The notes under the pieces are model-generated. The model was not told where the DNA came from, searched no databases, and saw only the letters and a program-made list of their open reading frames with translations. From contig CP075497.1 in NCBI GenBank assembly GCA_021613535.1, positions 1,426,001 to 1,490,000 on the forward strand: DNA of 64,000 nt, given 5' to 3'. The DNA comes from Adineta vaga (taxonomy: Eukaryota > Animalia > Rotifera). Every line of letters begins with the position of its first letter. The stretch's first letter is position 1. A program made the translations under genes and the position numbers. This document shows, piece after piece, positions 53,567 to 64,000 of this stretch.

Positions 53567-54635
53567 TGATTCTTTTCATACTCTAAAGAATTTCTTAATA
53601 AAGAAAGAATAACATCGACAATTGATATCGATTTGTAATGTATATAAACATGTCTTCAAAATCAATTATCTCCGTTTTTGTTTGATTATTTGAAATCTTT
53701 TTCGCAAATATCGATATAATGATCTTATCTATCAGATAGATTAAGAATACATATAGAAATAAAGAGAGAGAAAAAAATGAGTGGGAATAAGTTTCTTTTT
53801 CCATGTAGATTTGTTATTTGAATGTTGATTGACACACATACTTTGACGACACGAGTATACACAAGTTAACTATCTATGGATATATTTTTATAGACTAAGA
53901 TTAACGAAGACAAAAGAAAATTAACTTTTCCCTCTTTCTAATCATAGAAATTTACTTTTAACTTACGGAAATTTTTTTATGCCGATTTAAATTGATTTGA
54001 TAAAGATAAGTTTCAATATCTTCAATGGATAAAAACGATTTCGATAAAGATGGAATTACTTTGAAGGATTTTTCACAACTACCATTTAAATGAATGACTG
54101 AAGGCAAATTATCATTCAATAATATTAATTGACGATCCATTATATTGATGTTGCTATTCACAAGACTTTGTTTATATAAGAATTTATTCTTTAGAGGAAT
54201 AAATATACATCTGTGCTATTATGATACTGATCTTTATTCTTCAAGGCAAAAGAAAGAAAAGAAACAATCTTATGTTAGAACAAGTGTGGATGTATGAAGA
54301 TATATTTATATTTACTATCTTATACAATATTATCAGACAAATGTCACAAATACTTACGCATTCGTTTATTATATCAAATCAACAGTTTTTCTTCATAAAA
54401 AAAACCATTTTTTACAATTTAAAGAAATGATAAATACGCTTTGGTTAACATAATTTTACCAAATCCGAGTTCAATACTGCATTGATTTTATCTATAGTTG
54501 CAAGAAGAAAAATATTTAAGAAGAGAATTCGTCATATAAAAAACAAACTGTTTCCTTTGAAAGAACATAAAGTCTTCGAGTATCCAGTAGTGTCAAACTT
54601 GAAACTTGAATTCAATTGAAAATTCTCCTTTCACT

Positions 54636-54816
54636 TGTGTGGGTGTGGGTGAGGGTGTTGGAAGGCAAAGAGCAAAGTGAGATTGCCTTGGATCCCTCTA
54701 TCGCACTGGACACACAAAAAGCGTTCTTAGCGAAAAAGACACCAATTGATAACGGTCTGCACCCTGATCCACACCGTCGCTTGGCCCCTACCCTTCCACA
54801 CCCACACCCACACCCT
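54636..54816. mobile_element. MITE-like element with telomere-like inverted ends
   Basis: tgtgtgggtgtgggtgagggtgttggaagg ... ccttccacacccacacccacaccct. The left end is shared with 9041-9077. Confidence 0.6.
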
Positions 54817-55830
54817 CAACGACACATAGCTTCCGTTTTTTAACGAATTCTTCAAAAAGAAGAAAAGACCAAAACATCCGAAGATTGAAACAACTATTCA
54901 CTGATTTTTTCCGTGTTATATTGTGTTTCTCGGTTGTTCTGAATAAACTTCTTTCTAGATTGACTGATAAAAATGATCTTCGTCGATTATTATCAAATAA
55001 AGTATTAACTGATTTATTTATTCGGTATTTACAAATATTCTCTTAAGGATCAATTGAATTGATTGATAAATAAAGCTAAAGTTGAATTTATGATAATTAA
55101 GGTGCACACAATGCGAAAGTCGAGTGAAATTTATTTTCATTTTTTTGCACATGTTTTGATAGAGCGTGAGCTGCTGATCACGATGAACTAGTTTTTATTC
55201 TTTTTTAAAGCTGTTTTAGAGTAAAAAATCGCAAAATCCTAAAAAAAACTAAGTTATTCCAAAAACCACGTTTTTCGACAAAACATGCAAAAATCACTAT
55301 GTTCCTGTTCTTGAAACTTTTAGAAAATTTTTTTCAGATTCAGCATTAAAAACTGATTCTAGAAAGCGTCTGAAATTGATATTAACCCAAAAATTCTTCT
55401 AATGGTGGCACTTCTAATATCTTCCACTAGAGTACTAATAGGTAGATCTTGTAAACCTATCTACTTTTTCTAGGGAGGTGCGGAGGTGAATTTTTTTAAA
55501 TTTTAATCCTCATACCAGCTTCTATAAAATTACGCATTGCTTTTGTGTTGTTCCATTTTCTTTGTGGAGAAAAGTTCATTCTACTGGTGGTATAGGAAAT
55601 CGGGGAGGTCATTCGAACATAACACATCCATTTTTCATTCAAATCGTATAAAATTTTTTTCCACTGATAAAACTCGATGCCAAATCGAATGAACACCCTC
55701 CGAAGGTGTATACTGAGTAAAAGTTTTCCAAGGGGTTTTTGAAAACCCTTTTTTTGAAGTATGCTTGTTGTATTTTAAACAATGTTTGAAGATATTTTAC
55801 GCACAAATTTAAATGTTTTAATAACTTTAT

Positions 55831-55910
55831 ATCAAATTGTGGGTGTAAGTGGGTGTGGGGGTCAAGCTATACTCTTAACCTACGCCCACACCGACACCCA
55901 CAAGATTGAT
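55831..55910. repeat. 80-bp hairpin made of telomere-like repeats
   Basis: atcaaattgtgggtgtaagtgggtgtggggg ... cctacgcccacaccgacacccacaagattgat. Confidence 0.7.
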
Positions 55911-56072
55911 TAGTTCCATAGAAAACACCTTTAGTGTATTAGTTTGAAATGCAGGCTTTAGTATCTCAAAAATTTAATTAAATAAAATAGTTTCATAGGA
56001 AATTTAATCAAAAGATAAACTTTTTCTTTATTAAAATATAAAAGACAATTGAAGAGAAAATCGAATAACAGT

Positions 56073-56906
56073 CTATCTCTCCAAGAAGCAGACAAGTTCA
56101 ACTAATTTCGCCAAATTTGAATTTGATACAGCTGAAACATCTGAAGAAATAAATGTAAAAAAATGTATTTCTAGATAAAATTTTGTTTTATATAGACTAA
56201 CCATTACGTTTTGGAAGAACATAAATACCTCCAACATCAATTTGCCAATGACGTTCATGACAAATTTGTTCAACCATTTTCTTGTTAAAACCAAATATTT
56301 TTTCAAGATCATCAAATGAAATTGATTTATATGCAAGTTCAATTAATTGAACATTTTGTATTGTTATTTGAGCTAAAATTAATTCGAAATATATCGTTTC
56401 ATTAAGTTTATCTTGAATAGAAAAAACAAACGCACAAACTAATTGTTGAACATAATGATTCATCTGAGAAGATGATCCATTTTCTACAACTGTCTGACAT
56501 AATTTATAGAAATCTCCATATTGTTTTAAATTAAGTAATGATACAAGTTGTGCCAAAAATTGTAATTCTTTATCCTAATCAAATATAATAGAATATATTT
56601 CAATTTGTTTTTCTTACTGTTTTCATTTGTGTTGAAAGATTTTCCCATAGAAATTTGGCTTCATTTCTAATTAGATAAACAATATTTATCATTTAGAAAA
56701 AGTAATTTACTTACATTTTTGATAAATATAAATAAGTTATCATTAATTCTTTGTAAAAATCAACAGAAATACCGTCGATAGGACTCTAAAAATATCAACA
56801 TGAGAACAATTAACAATATGAAACATTGATTTACTGTTAAAAGTCGACTTTGTAATTGTGATAAACGTTCACGTTGTTGAGTCATAGTTGCCGATGAATT
56901 GGGCAT
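56073..56906 (-). CDS. COPS8: COP9 signalosome subunit 8-like (PCI domain), multi-exon
   Basis: NEAKFLWENL, LIELAYKSIS, ERHWQID...VLP and C-terminal LAKLVELVCFLER match the CSN8 pattern. Confidence 0.75.
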
Positions 56907-57643
56907 TATCGTTGAAAACTAATAGTTGCACAATGAAGATTAAATTCAAAAAGAAAAATTCTATTCAATCTTATGTTATGGCAAAACAACAGAAGTAGAG
57001 AATAAACCAATAACAAATCATTTTCATTTAAAATCAAGATAATAGAGACATCTATCTGAATTTTATACATTCATCATCAAATATGTTCTTTTAAGCCGAG
57101 TTTATTGTCTTCTCGTACAATAGGTCAAACATATTCAGTGGTAAACGACCGTTCACAAGTACCATATACAAGACGAACGATGAAAAACGATTTTCTGTTA
57201 GCACCTAATGTAAAATGGGGGTCGTTATGTAGTCGATCGATTTTATTGATATATTTTACCTGATACTTTCATATTCATATCTGAAAATAATGAAACGAAG
57301 TAAAATATCTATGATTCCTTTCGTCCAAGTACAGAATCCTCATATCGATTATTTATTAGCAAATTAAATGAATCATTCCATAACTTACAAGTAAGTATTG
57401 CGATCTCAGAAAATAGAATTCTATATTCGAATCTTAAACTGCTAGTTATACCTCGATAATTATAATACTGTAAGATCTCTTTCGGTTGAATAGAAAAATC
57501 CTTTTTCGTTCATTTATATATAAAAACGGAAAAAACAACAGATAAATAATTTCATAAGAATGTGCGTTCAATAAATCCAAGATTTGCCATCAACAAAACA
57601 AAACATTAATTAATGCAAAATACAGAAAACGTGGTAGCAATAT

Positions 57644-58480
57644 TCACAGATTGAGTTGTTGGCGATTCACTGAGAAATAAGCACTAATAGCATTGTGAAA
57701 TAGTGTTAATTGTTGTTTCATTACTTGAACCTAATTTAGATAAGAATATATTATGTTTCTTAAGATATTTCAATTGAAATAAACATACTCTATTTTCATC
57801 AAGTAATTTGAATTTAATTTGAAGATTTTCTTTGGATTTTTCATAAATTTGTTTAAAATGTTCATATTGTCGTTGAATATCTTCATCTGGCAAATTATTT
57901 CGTGATAATAAGAATTCATAATGAAATAAAACAGATGAGTATACATATAAAAGAAAGATTTCTTTACGTAAAAGTGTATTGCCATACGGTGATAATACCT
58001 TTTGACATTAAATGTTTCGTACAAGTTAATCAGCAAGATCACCAGGAGACCCATATAGTTGTTGAAGTTCATTGAATAATTCAGCTAAATTGCTCGAGAT
58101 TTTTCTTGCAATATCGAATGAAAGGAAAGGAAATTTAAAACTAATGACGAAAACGTTGTGTTTTGAGAAGACCACCAAAATAGGTGCTTATTTCACGAGT
58201 TTCGTTTAGCATATATTCATACTGACCTTTGGTTTCAAGGACAAGTTAAGTACGTTTTTTTTCATAATTTCAATGAGAGTTTTTTAAGATCGAGTAATTT
58301 ATCCAAATCGTTCTGGAAATCTATGGATGTAATGTACATCTAATGTTCGAGTCCAATTAAGGGTGGCAGGGAAACCATCTAATTAATATACGCAAATACG
58401 TTTATTTTAAATTAAATTATTATAACCAACCAGGAGTTTCATGTGAATCTAATAGACTAATGTAGTTACTTGGAAAAAGT
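57644..58480 (-). pseudogene. Tandem arfaptin pseudogene
   Basis: Collinear with 60766-61880 but lacks the TMEDT exon and has deletions and frame disruptions. Its 3' ~250 bp are nearly identical to the intact copy. Confidence 0.85.
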
Positions 58481-58994
58481 AGTGGAGTCATCTTCTCAAC
58501 TAGAAGAAATAATGATTGAACATCTTGTTTACTACCATTTGGATACAAAAGAAAAAAGAGAGAAATTTTAAACGAATAATTGAGATCATTCGACCTGAGC
58601 ATAGTTTTACTTTATCTGTATGAATACACTGTCTGAAGAGTGCCTTAAAAAAACAATTTCATAATAAGATTTTGTTCATAAATATTTTGTGAATCAGCAT
58701 CCTTTACTAGTATTATCTTATACCGGAATATCACTGATAATAACAAATAACTGAGATCAATGTTTCCTGTTGCTATATCAATTATTTATCTACTTATCGA
58801 TAGTAGTAAAAAATGAATTTCTTCATCCGTTATTTTTCAATATAAAGATTTTTCGTTACTTTATTCTTTATTATAAAGAAAAATAAAAATAAAAATAAAG
58901 TAACACTCTAGCAATAATCGTATATTGTTTATGTTTTTGATATCGTCGAATATTCGTTTCGTTTTTTGTTTCTAAAACAAAACAATTAGATACT

Positions 58995-59415
58995 AACAAT
59001 GAAAAAAATCTTTATTTCGCATAATTTGTTGATCTTATCTTCCACATCATTAAAGTCACGACTGAATGTATATGAATCGATTAAATTTGCGATTATTTCT
59101 GTCCTTGTTGCATCTAATGACTTTGAAAAGTCTGTAACTACAGACAAAAAACGAATTTACAGGAGATGGAACTTTGAAGTGCAACAATACCATTTGCATA
59201 ATATTTATCCCATCATCTTGCAGAATTTCTTCATTTGTTAACGATTTTATTTCTGCAATTTCCAGGTCGACTCGTACGTCCCGGAACCGGCGGGTTACGG
59301 TGATTTCTCACGTCTTTTCTATCGAATCCTGCGGGATCCGAAGATCGAAGCGTCCGTCCTGGTTTGTATGAATGAAGTTGAGAATAGTTTTATATTCATC
59401 TTGATTGATCTGCAA
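58995..59415 (-). pseudogene. GC-richer exon-like fragments with an in-frame TGA, origin unknown
   Basis: The minus strand reads INQDEYKTILNFIHTNQDGRFDLRIPQDSIEKT*EITVTRRFRDVRVDLEIAEIKSLTNEEILQDDG, bounded by AG and GT. Confidence 0.3.
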
Positions 59416-60765
59416 GTTAAACAAGGCAGGTAATATTGTATAAATTATTTAAATAATCATATTACATGAAAAAAATTCAGCCGGCGGCGCCACCGTGACT
59501 GTCGGAAATCCCAAAGTTTTCGAGCTTCCACTGCCAAAGGACCAAAAACAACTAAAGATATCGAGACGTCGGCTTACACCTCTAATCACGTTAGCTAACC
59601 TCTACGCAACGAAATGCTTTTTCTAAATAGTACAACCTTTTGATCTATATAGTGATAGAAATATCCTCTTCTGCTGATATCTCCATTACCCCTTGTTTTC
59701 CTTTTCCCTCCTTTCTTTCTTTCCGTTTTCTCTCTCTGTTGTTATTTTATCTTTTCAAATAATTTTGCCTTGATATCTGTGTGAGATTATAAAAAAAAAA
59801 GAATATGATGCTGTTTATCGAACATTCATCATTAAGAATAGCACATTTAATTATAAACAATTAGATCTTTATATATAACGATGTCAGCAAATTGATTTAA
59901 TTACTGAAAGTAAAGCATAACAATAGTATAGATTAGCTACATTTTCACATCGCAAAATAATTGCTATTTAAAATGATCAATCGGATTGAGACTAGGTCAA
60001 AAAAAGTTTATTGATGATATAATCTTACGAAACTATTTTAGAGTCAATTCGATAGATGCCTATAAAATATTATTGAGAAAGATTTGGCGTTTTTATACCT
60101 GGATCTTAATATTTCTTAAATATTTATTTGAAAAATTGTAACGTGGTTCTTGATTCAAAGCACGTATTTAGGACAAGTGCGTTCCAAACTATTCATATAT
60201 GAGAACTTGCATGATATCACGATGGTGATTAACTTTCGTACAAACAACAAATTTCACGTGAATACTATCTTGTATTGATTTATATTGAAAATGACAGATA
60301 TCATAACTTCCAACTGTTAGATATTAGATTCACTAACTTGTTCAATAAATATTCTTCAGTAATTCAATTCTATCGATTGTTTTTTCTCCTAAACTCTACA
60401 ACTTCTATTTTTCTAAAAATATATCTTTAGCCGTTGAGGAAATATTCAATAGTTTGTTTCAATTTATAAGAAGATGCCAGTTTGTGAGAAAAAGTCCATA
60501 ATAAAGTTACAAAACAGTGAAAATTTAAAGTAAGTAAAAACAAATCGTTTGTTGATTAAAGTTTACTCATTTATATTAGAAATATGAAAAGAAAAATAAA
60601 TAATTTCATAACAAAACTTGTCAAACAAAAATCTGAGATTTGTCAATAACAAAACAGAAAAAAAAGAATTGTTAATTTTAAAATTATTGATAAAATAATA
60701 TTATTTCGTTAAAAAACGGTAATCGATTATTACTCTACGAAATACAAAAAACGTGATAACAATAT

Positions 60766-61939
60766 TCACAGATTGAGTTGTTGGCGATTCACTGAGAAAT
60801 AAGCACTAATAGCATTGTGAAATAGTGTTAATTGTTGTTTCATTACTTGAACCTAATTTAGATAAGAATATATTATGTTTCTTAAGATATTTCAATTGAA
60901 ATAAACATACTCTATTTTCATCAAGTAATTTTAATTTAATTTGAAGATTTTCTTTAGATTTTTCATAGATTTGTTTAAAATGTTCATATTGTCGTTGAAT
61001 ATCTTCATCTGATGAAGATATTCTTTCTTCTGATGGATTTCTTCGAGATAATAATAATTCATAATCATATCGACATGCATCATATTCAATTCTATATTAT
61101 TTCAATTTTCAAGGATTTTTTAAAGAATAAAATGAAAACATACCTTGCATTTTCATAAGTTTTTACTGATAAAATTGTATCTTCCATTGTTTTATTCGTT
61201 AATGTTTGTAATTTATCAACAAATAGATTGATTGAATCTGAAATTGATATTAAAATAAATCTACATAAAATATGTTTTTTTCCTTACTTAAAAGTGTATC
61301 ACCATTAAGTGCTAATACTTTTTGGCATTGACTATTTCGTACAAGTTGATCAATCAGATCATCAGAAGAACCAGATAATCGTTGAAGTTCATCGAATGAT
61401 TCGCCTAAAATTATCGACAAGTTTATAATTAAAGAACAAATTTCAAACTAACCAAGAGAACGTTGTGTTTTTAGAAGACCGGCAAATAACACGCTCATTT
61501 GACGGGCTTCACTTAATATATTTTGATAATGATGTTTAGTTTCACGAAGAACCTAGATAATTTTTTTAATAAGAATTTTCAGAGAAAAAAAGAGAACAAA
61601 CTTGAATCTTTTGTTCAATTTCAATATCTTGCGTTCGAGTAACTTGTCCTGTTCTTTCTTGAAATAACTGTCGAGTATATTTTATTGTTCTAGAACTCCA
61701 TTGACGTAGTGTATCCAATGTTCGACTCCAATTTAGTGTGGCACGTTGTGGAAAAGATGGAACAGGACCATCTAATCAATACATGTATATATATATATGT
61801 GTATTTAATTGATATTCATTCAAAGAATCAAACCTGGAGTTTCATGTGAATCCAATAGACTAACATAACTAGTTGGACGAGATGTTAGATCATCTGTTGA
61901 ATTAATATTTGTATTAAGAGTCGAATACGAAGTTGACAT
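60766..61939 (-). CDS. ARFIP: Arfaptin (AH/BAR domain), ~7 exons
   Basis: LRQWSSRTIKYTRQLFQERTG, VLRETKHHY, NKTMEDTILSVKTYENARIEYDA and IKLKLLDENR|VQVMKQQLTLFHNAISAYF. Confidence 0.9.
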
Positions 61940-62690
61940 CTTGATTTATACTCAAAAAAGAGTGATTGATATTATCACGATAACAATACAGAACGGAAAA
62001 GATATTTACTGGATAAATAAATTGAGTCAATCACACATTATGTTATATTTATATGTCGGATATTTCTGCCATCTATTATGTACATATTCAATCGGAATAA
62101 AGAAATCGTTACAATCACATGTTAATCATTCAGACTACTGCGAACAGTATTTATTAATTTCAATGAATGAAGTTCATAAGCTATTTGCATGCGATAGGTA
62201 AACAAAAGATTTTGTATTATTGGTTCGAATAAAAGTCATAATAACGAGAAATAATATAATAACCATCACAATAGACGATTCCGATCGAACTTAAGCATAA
62301 AATATACTATTGTGTTCAGCATTGTTGAATCGTTCTACGATATATTATTAACCTTATAATCATTCTTCACTATTTGACACATTTCTAATCTATCCTACAA
62401 ACATATAATAAGTTATATTTAACCAAAGGTTGTTTTTTTAAAAAACTATTATTGTAAATCAACACAAAGACTTATTCTAAGACAACGTTGATTGAATGAA
62501 AAGGATAAACAACAGATGTGACTACAAGGTCGCTCATCATTGTAAAAAAATAATACTTTTCAAACTATCGATAAACGATTGACAAGAAAAGGAAGAAGAA
62601 AACGAAGAGAAATGCAACAGCTGCTTACGGATACTTCGTCTAAGCATTCATTTCTATTACTTATATTTTATATTTGCGGTAAGACGAACA

Positions 62691-64000
62691 ATGGATGGAG
62701 AAAACGATGAACTATTTGATTCCGATTCCAATAACTATCAATACGATATTCAACAAGCAAACAATGAGGTAAATGATAAAAATAGATTCTTAAAAAAAAG
62801 CAAACATTATCTAAACTAGACAACAAGAAGATCAGCAATGACTAGTTCAATTATGGATACAACTTCACCTAATCTAACACCTGATAGACATGGAGTACGT
62901 GTTAATTTTCCTTCTTCATTTAATAATGATCGACTTTCACCAATCACACAAACAACTATTATTAAAGGTGAACCTTATTTTAAGGTAATGGCAACGGAAG
63001 ATGAAGTTACAAAACATTTTTATCATAATAAACTACGAACTAATTCGAAAGAAAGAATTCCAAGTGAAGTAGATAGCTTAGAAAATGATTATTCTTCAAA
63101 TTCATTTGTAAGTTATTCAATTAAAAAACGAAATTCTTTCTTAATTTAGTATTCATTTAGAAAGAGAAACAAACTATGTCTACTTCATCTTCACCAATAA
63201 AATCAATTCTAAAGAAACCTCAAAAGAAACGGGAAGAAAATTTTTCAATGCAAAGAACAGATCGTCCTTTGTCTCCATGTCTTTCTTCTTGTTCATCGTT
63301 ACAGAAGAAAGAAAACTCTTTAAAACGTCTTGATTCTAATGAAGTTCCACATCTTGCTGATATAACAGCGAAACAGAATTCTTCTTCCTTATCATCTATT
63401 TATCCTCATTCACTTTTCAGTCAAACAATGAATATATTCGATCCAGATAATTCTTATGCAATATCATCAAGAAATCAAGGACGTTCATCACGACTTCAAT
63501 ATTACATTAAACCATATCGAGGAGAACCTTATCTTCCAACAAAACAACGATCAAGATCACTTTCACGAAATCGATTAACTCAAACATCGACACCATTAAC
63601 TCTTTATTCATCTAATCAATCCATTCAACCATCAACACGACAATCAATAAGAAAACAACAAGTTTCTTGGTCACCCTCAAGACAATGTACTGCTCATCAT
63701 GAAATAAAGAATAACAAAATTCCCATACCTAAAAAAAGGTAATTCATATCTTCAACATTTAATTCATTAGAAATTTCAAATTAATTTAGAAAAAATCCTC
63801 AATCCAGTCCAACTGATAATCTATCTACTTTAAATAATTATTCATCAGTCGTATCAATTCCAATTCGTTTTCGAAAATCTCAATCAACTCAATTTCCATC
63901 TCCATCATCATCATATACAGATTCATATTCTTTTCCTCAACATTCATTAACAACATATCGACCGTTATTACAAATAAGTTATAGAAAGGAAGAGGAAGAA
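62691..64000 (+). CDS. Ser/Arg-rich low-complexity hypothetical protein, multi-exon, truncated by the window end
   Basis: ATG at 62691. Successive open exons are separated by ~50-nt GT-AG introns (ORFs 62838-63149 and 63176-63742). Confidence 0.6.

Noticed and set aside
54616-54843. ORF with VWVWV and PHPHP runs
   Set aside because: It is the translation of inverted telomere-like repeats.
55098-55760. Intact DNA transposon starting at ttaaggtgcacac
   Set aside because: The sequence is TE-like with short hairpins, but no matching right TIR, TSD or transposase could be found.

Overview
AT-rich, gene-dense eukaryotic DNA with many ~45-70 nt GT-AG introns. It is most consistent with a bdelloid rotifer; this is inferred from intron size, interstitial TGTGGG/TGAGGG repeats and several non-metazoan-type genes among metazoan ones. 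Metazoan-type genes: a divergent CFAP57-like gene, an Hv1-like proton channel, cathepsin L, RPS14, RFT1-like, a TLC-domain protein, an exon-per-repeat LRR gene, Na+/K+-ATPase alpha (with an apparent 1-bp frameshift), ARHGEF17-like, CSN8, and arfaptin plus a tandem pseudogene. Probable horizontally acquired genes: KUP/HAK K+ transporter, PhzF-family isomerase, Hsp31-type DJ-1/PfpI, a 28-repeat FG-GAP protein and a Kelch propeller. The last two are fused to intron-containing type II membrane anchors. Mobile DNA includes an apparently intact Tx1/L1-type LINE inserted into one arm of a long foldback element, hAT- and pogo-like MITEs, an LTR-like segment, Helitron/DINE-like fragments, and small inverted-repeat elements whose ends are telomere-like repeats. 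There are also rearrangement footprints: a ~7 kb region collapsed into a ~350 bp relic with microhomology junctions, and a gene-conversion-like tract. All gene models were spliced by eye and no database searches were run.
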